Positions 200,573 to 215,387 of a DNA stretch of 248,000 nt are shown here, one piece after another. Position 1 is the first letter of the stretch. Each line of letters begins with the position of its first letter. The notes below the pieces were generated by a model that saw only the letters and a list, made by a program, of their open reading frames with translations, searched no databases and was not told the origin of the DNA. The DNA lies in assembly GCF_000400465.1 (NCBI RefSeq), contig NW_008806276.1, positions 20,001 through 268,000 on the forward strand, written 5' to 3'. The stretch is from Wallemia ichthyophaga EXF-994. Taxonomy: Eukaryota; Fungi; Basidiomycota. Made by a program: the position numbers and the translations under genes.

Positions 200573-201665
200573 ATGAAAATAGCGATTGATTTCGATGACG
200601 TGATTAGCCAGACGAACAGAGCAATATGCGAGTGGCATAATGTGAGTGATACGCGGGGGGTTAAGGATTGTGCTGATATGTAACAATACAGCGGGTGTAC
200701 GGTACGCAATGGTCGATGGATGAATTCCACTGTAGGTGAAGTGCACTAGTAGCTGGCAGCTAACGGCTAACCAAAATAACTGCAGACTACCACTACTGGT
200801 GTGTGTCTTTCTATCCCTGCTTTTCTCATTTCTCATTTCTCCTTTTTTTCTAAATGACAGGAAAAATCCCGGTTGGGGTACGCCAGCGGAGTGTCAGGAG
200901 AAAGTGCGGGCATTCTACAGTGATCCGAAGGGTCTGCACAGCACGCAGCCCGTCGCCGGTGTCAAAGAAGCTTTATTGGCACTCCAAGCGCAAGGACACG
201001 ATCTGGTGATTGTGACTGCACGCAGTCGCAGCCAGCGCGCAATGACGACAGAGTGGCTAAGTCTGCATCTCGGTGGACTGTTTGATGAGCTCTACTTTGT
201101 CGGTCAGTTTGAGGAGGAAAAGGGGGAGCATTACGGGGAAACAAAGGAGGAGCACGGCGGAGATGGAGAGACGCAGGAGAAGGCGCAGGATCAGACACAG
201201 GACACACTCAAACACACCTCCAAGCACCCCTCCAAAGCTGATATCATCGACGGAATCGATGCTGAGGTGCTCATAGACGATTCGTTGGAGAACGCCTTAG
201301 AATGCGCCAGGCACACGCGCACAAGGGGTGTATTGGCGCGCACACAAACACCTATACGCACCCTTCTCTTTTCGCCACTCCCACCCACACAAAACATCCC
201401 CATCTACCACTATCCGTGGAATGTGGAGGTGTCGCGGGTGGATAATCAGCTCGACCACCTCAGTTATGCTGAGAGGAGGGCGCGCGGATTGAAAACAGGA
201501 GAAAGCAGAGAACCGACTCAGCTGCCTCAGTTTGTAGAGAGAGTCGAGGGCTGGAAGGGTGTTACGCGCTGGTTTGCTCATGCTAATGCTAATACTCATG
201601 CTAACGTTGATGCTCACACCCACCCACACACACACACACAACAACCTATCAAGGTAGAAGCCTAG
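200573..201665 (+). CDS. HAD-superfamily NT5C-like nucleotidase
   Basis: MKIAIDFDDV, VIVTARS, LIDDSLEN. Confidence 0.72.
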
Positions 201666-201724
201666 TATAGCGTCATGGAATGTAATTTGTAATGAATTAA
201701 ACACAATACACGCAATGTAATTCC

Positions 201725-202810
201725 TTATACATACCCCTGTAACGCAGCTACCTCTGCATTCATGACAGATGAAGTAGCAGCGCCGATTTGGACGTTATTA
201801 GCGAGAACGACAAACTTGATATCGAAGAGGGCGTCCCCTCTAACGCGACCGACGTTCACACCCGCGCCGTTCTGGTGGTCTCTGTCGAGGCGTGGCTGAG
201901 GTCTATCTTGTTCTTGGTGGACGGTGATGACCTGTTGTGGGGCAGAAGGAGCTCCTACGTGCTGAGCATCGCAGGTGTAAGCCGACAAAGCTTCCATGAC
202001 CTGCTGCGGTGATGGTTTCACCTTAGATGCAAATTTTACACCTGCACACACAGTGTGACCATCGATCACAGGCACGCGGTTGCACGTAGCTGAGACTGTG
202101 AGCGGGGATTGTGCGTGGTAGTCGAATGCATCATTTTGCGCGCTCACCCCACCGAGGATCTTGTACGTCTCCCACTCCATCTTGTCCTCCTCGCTGCCAA
202201 TGTATGGGACGACATTGTCGAGTATGTCGAGACTAGGAAGACCGGGGTAGCCACTGCCGGAGATAGCCTGGAGAGTTGTGGCTTGGACTTGCTCAAGTGG
202301 ACCGAACGCCTTTTCGAGTGCGGCGAGCGGGACAACGAGGGCTGTAGTGGAGCAGTTGGCGTTGGCGACAATGTAGCCTTTAGTGAGACCCAAAGACTTC
202401 TGCTGGGCTGGCAACACGCTGTAGTGGGAAGTGTTTATGAGTGGAACAACGAGCGGTACGAGTGGATCGCGGCGGTAGTTCTTAGCGTTGGAAAACACAG
202501 CAACGTGTGCATTTCTAAGGGCATCTTCAATTGGGCCAGCGACGTCGTGATCGAGACCAGAGAAAACGATGTCACATTGTTGGAAGTGCTCGACGGTACA
202601 TTCCTCAACTTGCATACGCTGTACACTCTCTGGAATTTGTTTAACTTGCTTCCATTTGGTTACGTCTCTATACGCCTTCCCCGCAGAGCGTGAGCTGGCA
202701 CCCAAAGCCACAAGCTTAAAGAAAGGATGATTGTGTAAATGAAGTATAAATCTCTGTCCCACTGTCCCCGTAGCACCAAGTACACCAACTTTGTATTCTC
202801 CCTTTAACAT
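201725..202810 (-). CDS. HOM2: Aspartate-semialdehyde dehydrogenase
   Basis: GVLGATGTVGQRF, NANCST, CNRVPVIDGH. Confidence 0.95.
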   Translation of the reverse strand: MLKGEYKVGVLGATGTVGQRFILHLHNHPFFKLVALGASSRSAGKAYRDVTKWKQVKQIPESVQRMQVEECTVEHFQQCDIVFSGLDHDVAGPIEDALRNAHVAVFSNAKNYRRDPLVPLVVPLINTSHYSVLPAQQKSLGLTKGYIVANANCSTTALVVPLAALEKAFGPLEQVQATTLQAISGSGYPGLPSLDILDNVVPYIGSEEDKMEWETYKILGGVSAQNDAFDYHAQSPLTVSATCNRVPVIDGHTVCAGVKFASKVKPSPQQVMEALSAYTCDAQHVGAPSAPQQVITVHQEQDRPQPRLDRDHQNGAGVNVGRVRGDALFDIKFVVLANNVQIGAATSSVMNAEVAALQGYV

Positions 202811-202877
202811 TTCAATATTCGTTGGCTGATTTGACGCGAGAAATCTTCTTCCCCCTCAACCACCAAACGATCACATA

Positions 202878-204160
202878 ATGCCAGCCGCAGTGACTCACCA
202901 AGCCAACAAAACTCTCCCAGACGGTCATTTCCTCTTTACTTCTGGTGCGTCTATTCCCACCTATAACATTCTTCTCATTCCCCTTTAGAATCCGTCGGTG
203001 AAGGTCACCCAGACAAGATTTGCGATCAAGTTTCAGACGCTATTCTTGACGCTTGCCTGAGAGAAGACCCTTTCTCAAAGGTTGCATGCGAAACTGCTGC
203101 CAAGACTGGTATGATTATGGTCTCTCTTTTTTTTTCTTAGGTTTTTCACTCCTCACACACCATACAGGTCTTTGGTGAAATCACAACCAAGGCACACGTT
203201 GACTACCAATCTGTTATTCGCCAAACCATCAAGGAAATCGGCTACGATGATTCTGAAAAGGGCTTTGATTACAAGACATGTAACGTCCTTGTAGCTATCG
203301 AGCAACAGTCCCCAGATATCGCCCAAGGTCTTGACCACGGTGCGCTCGAGAACCTCGGTGCAGGTGATCAGGGTATTATGTTCGGTTATGCTACCGACGA
203401 GACACCTGAGTGTATGCCATTGACCATCTCACTCGCCCACAAACTCAACCAGGCGTTGGCTGTAGCACGTCGCACCGGTCAGCTTCCATGGGTTCGTCCA
203501 GACACCAAGACACAAGTCACGGTCGAGTACAAGAAGGAAGGCGGTGCAGTGATCCCAAAGCGCGTAGACACAGTCGTCGCCTCGCTTCAACACAGCGACG
203601 ATATCTCCACCGAGCAATTGCGCACAGAAGTTCTCGAGAAGATTATCAAACAGGTTATTCCCGCTGACCTCCTCGACGAGCACACCATCTACCACATTCA
203701 ACCATCCGGTCGCTTCGTCATTGGTGGTCCACAAGGTGACGCTGGTCTTACCGGCCGCAAGATCATTGTAGACACTTACGGTGGCTGGGGTGCACACGGT
203801 GGTGGTGCATTCTCTGGTAAGGATTTCTCCAAGGTAGACAGATCTGCCGCGTACACGGGTAGATGGATAGCCAAATCACTCGTCAAGGCTGGCCTCGTGC
203901 AGCGCTGTCTTGTGCAGTTGTCCTATGCTATCGGTGTGGCTGAGCCCCTCTCCGTCTTTGTCGACTCGTACAGCACCGCCAAGCAAGGTCACAGCGATGC
204001 ACAGCTCGTCGAAATTGTTAGAAATAACTTCAACCTCAAGCCAGGTGTTATCGTTAAAGCTCTCAACCTCCAACGCCCTATCTACAACGAGACGGCTAAA
204101 TATGGTCACTTCGGTCACCAAGGCGACTCATGGGAACAGCCTGCCGAGATCAAGTACTAG
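202878..204160 (+). CDS. SAM2: S-adenosylmethionine synthetase
   Basis: [25 protein letters not shown]. Confidence 0.96.
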
Positions 204161-204687
204161 AGTGTCACATAAGGATTCAACCTCCCGTTTAAAAACACCA
204201 ACACCGTTCCATAGAAAGCTTACATATCCCTCCCCTTTCTTTCCTTCTTTGACTTGATTGTAAACATTGTACTTATAAACGTTCAACCGTGCTATCTTTG
204301 TGGTGTGCTAGTTGCCTGCCTAGAGAAGCTGCAGATTGCTTCCACTTTATTATGTATTTTCAGATTTTAAGCATCGTAGTAATTTTGTGTATGAGGGACA
204401 AACTTGCACTTAAAAATGTCTCCTTCAGCTAAAAGCTCCAATTCATTCGCGTTGATAGATGACATTTTCAAGGCTTTTAGGGCATATTGTCTAATCGAAC
204501 CACTGACATGTAATTTGATAGACATTGCAGAAAATAATCAGATTTCAAGCGAATTTGTTGTGAAAGTTAAAGATGTATCCAATAAAACTAATTTAGCTGC
204601 TAAGGATTTAGCAGCCGAAAATTAAGATAAAATTTTTTGGTGTTCGTAAATTACATTGGTCACTGAGATAACAAGGCAGCTAAGCAT

Positions 204688-206419
204688 CTAAGCTGTCCAA
204701 CTGCTGTATAAACTGATGGAGGAAGGACATTGACTGGATATGAGCATCTTTATGTACGCGTTCATTGACAGTGTGTCTGTGGTGTGGTTGGTTAGATGTG
204801 AAAATCGATCAAGCTCGAACGCACATGTCCTTGGTCAAACTCGCATCGAAAGCCTCAAAGCGGAAGATATTCCTTGTGAGACGCCAATAATGGCGAGTGT
204901 CAGTATTACCGGCCATGAGATGAGGGCTGACGACGAGATCACCACCGAAGACATTCCTGAGAGAACCTACGAGTGTATCCCACACGTGACCACTCGTTGG
205001 TGTGTTGGGCGCGGGGTCGAGGGGGCTACCGAACACCTCCACCTGCACTGTACCGACGCCAAGTTCCGCGTCACCGACCAGCTTCCCGTCGAAACCCACA
205101 AAAGCCATCCCGAGCTCCTCAGCGTAGGGTTGTAGGAGGGATGTGAGATGCTCCTTCAAGCCGTGCACACTCCCCGCGACATCTATGCGCTGGTTGAAGA
205201 CAGCGGACGCGACTTCCGGGAGTGCGTTAACCTTGACTCCCCCCGCAATGAGATCAGCAGCCTGACTCGTCTGGATGAGGTAGCGGTCGCGCACATCGTG
205301 CTCTGCCACAGTGCGCGCTGCCTCCCCCCACAGACGCGTATTGGGAAGCTGTTGGCGTAAATGGGGATCAATCGCATCGAGCGATGCGGGGGAGTGTTCG
205401 AGCAGACACTGCAGATGTGTTGTGAAGGGGTTCTCCACGGCGAGGTGGGGTGCATGGGGATGTGCCTCCATGTGTGCTATTAGCTGTGCGAGGTATCCGA
205501 TAGACGTGTGGGGAGGTGGGATTGAGGAGTGGCCCCCGCGCGTCGCCACTGACACCTTCACATCTAAATACCCCTTCTCCTTCACGGCTGGAAGGGCAAA
205601 GGGGGTGGAGTGGCTGTGCAGGTCTAGCAAACCACCTTCGTCGAGCACTGCAATAGCGATATCACTGTCACTGTCACTAGTGGCGTACTTGTCGTGAATG
205701 CGCTCGCTAAGGTGCTTCGCACCCCGAGGGCCGCTTATTTCTTCATCGAAGCCGAACGACAGGATGATAGTGCGGCGTGGAGTAAACCCGGCATTAATGA
205801 GACCCTCAATTACTTCATAGATAGACAGGAGGAGGTTCTTGCAGTCGCCAGCGCCGCGGCCGTGCACCCAGCCATCGGGATCGATGTGACCCGAGAAGGG
205901 AGGCGCATCCCATCTGTCGACGGAGGTGGGGTCTACAGGTACGACATCCGCGTGCGCCATCAGAATAAGTGGTTTGAGGGACGCATCACTCCCGCGCCAT
206001 TCGTAGAGATTGCCATAATGGTTCACTGTCTCGTGAGAGAGCGTGGCATGGACTGCAGGGAAAGCGCGCTGGAGGAAGGCGTAAAAAGGCGGGAAAGTGT
206101 CGTAGCGTGTGTCGTTGCCGGGCTCGCGGAAATCGTCGTAGGAAATTGTCGGATAAGTGACACTCTCGCTCCAGCGCTCGATACTGCCATCAGGAACGCG
206201 GAAAGGGATAGCAGGGGAAGGGAGTGATGGTGCCTGTGCTGGACATTGAATCGGACTATCTGCTGCTGCTTTATCCGCCGAAGAATTGGAAAATAGCAGC
206301 GCGATGCGTGAGATGAGGTAAAGCGAGAGAATGACGCCAGCGATGAGAGGTCTCTTCCATCTGCTAGAATACGCTGCTGCTGCCGCTGCTGGGCGCGGAA
206401 GCGATTGCTTATCGGACAT
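204688..206419 (-). CDS. M20 family Gly-Xaa carboxypeptidase
   Basis: N-terminal TM, LMAHADVVP, GRGAGDCK, FDEE, GGHSS. Confidence 0.88.
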
Positions 206420-208463
206420 GGTGGTAGTGGAGATACCATCAATCACATCATCCAATTGCACAAGTTATTCATAATAAATCAGCGGCAAAAATACTGTGAT
206501 TTATGCTGTATCACGTATTCATTTCAATCGTGGGCTCATTCATCACTCAGGAATTTCCACTTTGAGGCTTTCGATGGGAGTTTGACGCAGGTGGACAGCT
206601 TAGAGGCTGAGCATAACGGTCATCTTAGTATTTCCCTTGCAAATGAATTATGAAATGACTTCAAGAATTGTGGACTAGTTGCTTTCAAGGGGCGCATATA
206701 TAAGACCTTGATGACAAACAAGGGTTTCTCTACCTTATTAGAAAACATCAACAAAATTCTCGATTCCTCAATTAGCACTGGGATATCCGACTTTGATTTG
206801 TTTGAAAAGCATTGTGCGTATAAGTCTCACTCACTTCTTCGTTATAGAGACCAGCTCAATGACAAGGATTGATCATGGCTAAGAATCGAGAATTATGTGG
206901 CCAACAGTTATCATGCCCAAGACACAATCACTCAATCTTCTGGCTAGTCTCATTGCAACATATGAATAGAGTGTTTTGACTTTCAGCTACCATTTCTTCG
207001 ACGACTACGTAAATTATATCTTGGATACTTCTTTCACTTTCTTATCGTCCTTTGTTGTAAAACGTTCATTTTCTATCATAATGATTGACCACTCCGCATC
207101 AGTTCATGGAATTCATACTCGTTTTGAAGCAGGTACATGGCAATTTGTCCTTCTTAAACTTAACCGATTTATTACATGCTACTTCCCATCATTCATGCGC
207201 GTCCATTAATGTGGCTCGAGATGAAGGTGTGGAGCAGCGCCACGATGTTTGCTTAAGCTGTTAAAAAGTCATCAATGAACGGACACGAATGAATCAAGTA
207301 ATGTGTCAGAGAAATCTGTCAAATGCGTAGGTATATGGGATTTATGTTATGAATATTTGTAACATTTTCACTAACATCGGAAACATAGAAATGTATCGCG
207401 CGAAAGCAATCGAGACTGAAAATAATCTATCTGATAATATTCATCTGATTAATTTTCAGCTTGATACACGCCTTGAATACCTCTCCTGACGTCCGCAGGG
207501 GCCTGGATGAGGTGGAGTTGTTTTTATAGGAGATCGAACATTGGCAGGTGATCAAGAAATCAGGGGACTTATTTCGGTGGTCGCCAATAGGTTAAACTCA
207601 GATCAAGCGCTAATAATCTATATCTGCATATCTTATAGGTGACTCGGTTCCTGCATTTTCATTTCGATGCCGATGTCTCAATACTTCAGACTGTATCAGC
207701 TTTCACGAGCAGCTTTATTAATTACATAGGTAATTCTAATTTAGCCCCGACCATCACTCACTATGTTCAATCAAAGATAAGACTTTATACCATTGGTATT
207801 GTCAGGGCTCGTTTAGTAGATACCAGGGTGTCCTGAGACTTTATCCTAGTATTTGAGCTCTTTTTCAACAAATTATCCATCAACAGTATCCAAATTGCCC
207901 AGATCGCTCTGATACCCGACCAAATGAACACATTATTAAACTCTAGTTCTAATTTCATAGGCTTTCAAGACTCTCGAATAAACTCTTTAACAGATATTTG
208001 TTCAGATGGCACTTACTTAGATGCTCATTCGCTTAGCTATCCAACGGCTGTTGACAAATATCAAGTTATTAATATCTCGAAATAAACGCATTGATAGACA
208101 GAATTAGCCTAGCTGTAGACATATTTCCCCCATCCGACAATAAGCGATTTACTCATCTAAAATATCCAAACGAAGGTTATGTATACATATAAGTAGAGGT
208201 GTACAAGTATTATGGTCCATCCATTCTAGTCCTTCCTGGTACCAGAAATGAGTGTTACAGATGAGATTTTTTTTGATTAATAGACGCGTCATTTTCCCAA
208301 TGACTAGCGACTGAAACTTGAAGACTTGATAGAAAAGAAAAATAAAAGCGTATCGTCCATTTCAAGAAGACTCCAAGAATCCAAGACTCTATCGGATGTA
208401 CGTCGTTGAAGCGTGAGTAAACATAAATTGTTCATAATTTGCAATTACTTATCGTGCAGCCAT

Positions 208464-209890
208464 CTAAATGGACAATGCAATAATAGTGGTGAGAGTAATT
208501 GCAATAGGGAGGATGAAGGCTGGTTGGTAGCTAGATGGAGCGGCGGATTCGCCGAAGCTGTCAGCATCGCCTACAGTCTGAGACGGCACTGTGCCAGCTT
208601 CAGTTTGGCTAGCCTTTGCATTTTCTGAAAGTTCCGCAAAACCGACAGCTGGTGGAGAGTATCTGAAGACAGTGTAGTAGTTCTTCATGAACGTGTCACC
208701 GAGGACCCACTCGAGACGGTTGTCAGTACCTTGAGTAGAACCAGAGCTGAGTGCAAATATTGCACCCTGGCAAGTCCCGTCGCTAGACTCGTTAAATTTG
208801 AGATCTTCAGGGTTGACTGCGTAAGGTGTACCATCGATTACAATCTCAATATTGGGATTCGTGGTGCAAGGGTAGAACCAATAGCCTTGGTAGTTGCCAG
208901 TGCCCTCTTGTGCGCCTTCAACAGCCTCCCAGATCTTTGCAATGTCGTCGTGAGGACCGCCGATGAGGGTAGTACCAGAATCAACACCTGCGCCGACAGT
209001 GATAGACGGGGAAAAAGCAGTAGAACCATCGACATTAATAGCGGTCATTTTAACTCTCCACCAGTCTTCACCCAAAATGCTGTGGTAAGAGACGTTGCCT
209101 GTGTAGAGCGAGTCGTCGAGTTCACCTAGAGTGAAGACACCGCCGGGTTCCAAAGACTGAGCCTGTCTGTTGGAACGCATACGTGTGAGATAGAATGACA
209201 TGGTATGGTCATCGCTGATCTGGCCATTCTGGACGAGTTGCTCCCAGAAAGGAGTACCGACATCTTGGGACAATTTGGCCCAAGCGAGACCCATGATACC
209301 CGAGACAGGAGCAGAAATGAGAGACGAGGTGACCTGATCGACGATGGCCAATGGGGAAGACGAGAGTTTGTAAGCGCCCAATTGAACGTCATCGGTAGCA
209401 TCGTAACCAAAAGCCTGTCCGGAGCCGTAAGTGACGGAGAATCCGTCCGTCCTGTTCTCAAAAGTGCTGCTGGTTTCGGGATCGTAGCCATTTCCAAACT
209501 TACCTTCCTCGGCGTCCGAGAGAGCCGAGTCGATGATCCACAGAGCCGAGGAGCCCGTATCTAGAATGACTTGGAACGTCTGCTGCGGGGTGCCGATGCC
209601 GATAGTCGCGTAGTAAGCGCTGTTGAATGATTAGATTATGTCATATGTGATCAATAACCCTAGACTCACGCATCGATATTTTGGTTTGTGAGTGCGATAA
209701 TTGATCTGGTGGACATTCTCTCGCGGCCGAGAAGCAATGGATGGCCGTACTTAGCACGCTGCTTGAGGCCTTGAGCGTATGCCCATTCCTGTGTGTCTGA
209801 ATTGCGTATGGAGTGGTAGATTGGGAGAGAGACGCTGCTAGCGAGCGCGACTGCAATCTCTGCAGCCAAAATTATTATTTTCAACAACAT
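208464..209890 (-). CDS. Secreted/GPI-anchored aspartic protease (pepsin family)
   Basis: Signal peptide, ILDTGS and VDSGT catalytic motifs, VLGDTF, hydrophobic C-terminus. Confidence 0.9.
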
Positions 209891-210368
209891 GGTCGTTGTG
209901 GGTCAAGGAACAATGATTACGCTGCTGTGTAACTGTGCCCAGGCTTTCCGCCGAATTTCTGTGGATCACAAGAGCCGAGATATTGGAGTTATGGCTAAAA
210001 ATATGCTAAAATTTCGTTATCGATTTTAGATATTTATACTTTCCTTCCGCAGCTGGTCAAGCATACTTAATTACTCAGTGCCTGTGCGAAGTGCTTGTCG
210101 TTGTACCTCGATTCATTCTAGAGACGGAAATTTGAAGGAAAATGGCCCCGTTTTGATCTCTTTCATATTCCACTACCCACACCGGTCCACTAATTGTCTA
210201 GTTTACTCGGCTGCGGCGTCAAAATTTTATACTACCCATCTAGCACTAGAATCGATATTAGCATGGCTATACAACTCCAAATATACTCATACTCCAAATA
210301 AATCTCTAATATCCACCCAGATAGTGCCATCCCTCTATCATCTCAACCATCATCATCTAAATTACAAG

Positions 210369-212206
210369 ATGGTACTAGCAGGACTCGGAAGGCAGCTGAA
210401 TACAGCGTTGAACTCATTCAGCAAGGCTAGCGTTGTTGATGAGAAGGTGAATAGCCCCCTTGCTTTCATTCCACTCTCCTCACACTCCTCCAGACACTCG
210501 ACGCACTTCTCAAGGAAATCTCAAAGGCCTTACTCGAATCTGACATCAACGTCAAGCTTGTAGGTAACCTACGCAACCACGTCAAGACCCGCGCTTTGAA
210601 GGAGATCAAGGAAGCCAATGCTAGCACAAATCACCAAAAGTCAAAGCAGATTGTACACAAGGTGCGTTAGGCATAGAATGCGCGTTTGGCTATAAGCTAA
210701 CATCCACAGGCTATCTTTGATCAACTCGTCGCTCTCGTTGACCCACAGGAAGACCCTTACAAGCCAACGAAAGGGAAAACTAACATTATCATGGCTGTTG
210801 GTTTACAGGGTGCCGGTAAGACCACATCCTGCACTAAACTCGCAGTCCACTACCAAAAGAAGGGCTTCAAAGTAGCTCTTGTGTGCGCAGATACCTTCAG
210901 AGCTGGTGCATTCGACCAACTCAAGCAAAACGCTACAAAGGCTAAAATACCCTTCTACGGCTCTTACACTGAAACTGATCCCGTAGCAATCTCAGTAGCT
211001 GGTGTTCAACAATTTAAAAAGTCAAAATTCGACGTCATCATTGTTGATACCTCTGGTAGACATAAGCAGGAGGAGGATTTATTCGAAGAGATGGTAATGA
211101 TTAGCCAGGCTGTCAAACCTCAAATGACGGTACTCGTTATGGACGGTGCGATGGGTCAGGCTGCTGAATCTCAAGCTAGCGCTTTCAAGCAGAGTTCCGA
211201 TTTTGGTGCAATCATTGTCACTAAAATGGATGGTCACGCTAAAGGTGGTGGTGCTATCTCTGCAGTCGCTGCTACTCAAACACCTATCATTTTCATCGGT
211301 ACTGGTGAGAATTTGCACGATATAGATACCTTTAGACCTCGTCCATTTGTTCAACAGCTACTCGGTATGGGTGATATGCAGGGATTGATGGAGCAAGTTC
211401 AGGATGTAGCCATGTCCGACCCCGACAAACAAAAGGAACTCGCTAAGAAGTTTGAGCAAGGCAGCCTGAGTATCAGAGACTGGTCTGAACAGATTAAGAA
211501 TGTAACTAAACTAGGACCTATCAGTAAGATAGCAGGTATGATACCGGGACTCAACGCCGACATGATTGGACAAGGTGGTGACGATGAGGCTAGCAAGAGG
211601 ATAAAAAGAATGCTCTTCATCACCGATAGTATGACGGTGAAGGAGATGGATAGTGATGGTTCAATCTTCCTGCGCAAAGGCACGGATGGGAAATATGTTG
211701 GAATGAGCAAGCGTGCACTTCGAGTTGCCAGGGGATCAGGTACTAGTGTACGCGAAGTTGAAGAACTGTTGGTGCAATATACGATGATGAAGAGCGGTAT
211801 CCTCAACATGATGAAAGGGCAAGCGGGTGGAGCTGGTGGAATGAAACCAGGTCAGCCGGGTATGCCATCGAGAGATCAGGTACAACAGATGCAAAAGATG
211901 ATGCCACCACAATTACTTCAAAAGCTGAAGAGTGGAGGTGGACCTGAGATACTACAGCAGCTGCAACGCGGACAGATTCCAAAAGGAATGGATCCAGAAA
212001 TGATGGAAAAGATGGCACAACAGATGGGAATGAATCCAAATGCGATGGGCGGCGGTGGTGGAGGTATGCCACAGTTGCCTGGAATGCCACAGATGCCACA
212101 GATGCCACAGATGCCTGGAATGGGTGGCGCAGGTGGATTCAATCCAGCATCTATGCTCGGCGGAATGGATTTCTCGAAGATGGCAGGCATGTTCGGTGGT
212201 AAATAG
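210369..212206 (+). CDS. SRP54: Signal recognition particle 54-kDa subunit
   Basis: [28 protein letters not shown]-rich C-terminus. Confidence 0.96.
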
Positions 212207-212747
212207 AAATATCACGTTGTATTTTAAAATCGTTATAATTTTGTTTTCTTAAGGTGTTTGTGATGTAGATATATGCAGGAGGTAGCTCTGCTCTCTCAAA
212301 GCCGGGTGTTAGTAGCCGATGATTCGTCGATCAGCTGATCCTTATCAGCTATATCAGCCATGTATCATTTCCTAATTATCTAACAGACCTTGAGATTAAT
212401 TGAATCTGATATAGCATTTCTATAGGCCAGCAACCAAAGACATCTGCAATTGTGGGCTGAGCTGCGAAAATCTTCTTTTGTTCACACCGCATTAATTATT
212501 CCACACTCGCGAATCTTCGGAAGCTTCCACGGGTATTTTCTTGTCCGTTTTATTGCCTTTGGGAAGAAATGGGTCCCCTAACAATTACTTTTTCAATGGA
212601 CTTTGAGTGGCAAGGGGGCAAAATGAGTTTGTGTATCTTGTAGCATTATAATACACTATAATGCATTAAAATATTAACAAATCAATTAGAAACCAAGTCC
212701 GGCGCATCTCCGCTGAGGCTCCGATGCCGCTCCGTAACCGATCTAGT

Positions 212748-212810
212748 TCCGCTAGAAGGCGAGTATGATATCAGTAGAGTAAGCGAGCCAACTCCGCTAG
212801 AAGGCGAGTA
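212748..212810. promoter_or_regulatory. 18-bp perfect direct repeat in the PUT2 promoter
   Basis: TCCGCTAGAAGGCGAGTA at 212748 and 212793, CCG-rich context. Confidence 0.5.
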
Positions 212811-212887
212811 GATTTTAATTTGGAAGAGACATCCAAGGATTTGCACTCGCCAGTCCTTAGACCTCAACGACCAAATACAAATACAAA

Positions 212888-214728
<1,841 letters not shown>

Positions 214729-214799
214729 GACAGCTAAAATATGATGTATAATGTAATGTAATTGGTTTTGATTGAAAATAACATGGTATAACAAAGCAT

Positions 214800-215327
214800 C
214801 TAAAACAAAGCCTCGAGCGTCATCTGCTTGAGTATATCTGTAGCAGAGACCATATCGGAGAACTCAGCAAAGGAAAGTCTGCCATCGCCATCCTTATCGC
214901 CTTCCATGATAGTCTTGTCTACGATTTGCTGGAGTTGCTGATCACGTAGATTATTTCCAACCATCATTTTAAGGACGATGTAGAGTTCGCCGTTGCTAAT
215001 GTATCCATCGCGATCCATGTCGTACACTTTGAATGCAAACTTGAGCTTCTCATCCCTGCCACCGCGGTTACTGAAAGCGCTCAAACCGCCAACGAATTCC
215101 TGGAAATCAACAGTCCCGCCACCATCCTCGTCGAAAATGGCAATCATTCGATGAGCGAGTGGATTATTGGCTACTTGTGGTATCTGTAGGAACTCCTCGC
215201 GGTCAATAGACCCACTACCGTCTCTATCCAGCTTCATGAAGCGTTTCTTGAGCCGCTGGAGTTCAGCAGCGGTGAAATTAGAGTTGCGTTCCAAGTCTCC
215301 TAGAAGTTGTGAACCTGATTGACCCAT
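214800..215327 (-). CDS. CNB1: Calcineurin regulatory subunit B
   Basis: MG start, four EF hands, [10 protein letters not shown]. Confidence 0.96.
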   Translation of the reverse strand: MGQSGSQLLGDLERNSNFTAAELQRLKKRFMKLDRDGSGSIDREEFLQIPQVANNPLAHRMIAIFDEDGGGTVDFQEFVGGLSAFSNRGGRDEKLKFAFKVYDMDRDGYISNGELYIVLKMMVGNNLRDQQLQQIVDKTIMEGDKDGDGRLSFAEFSDMVSATDILKQMTLEALF

Positions 215328-215387
215328 TTGAGATTGAGTGCTTTCGTCAAGTCGTCGTAGTTTTGAGAGAGGAAACCAACGACAATC

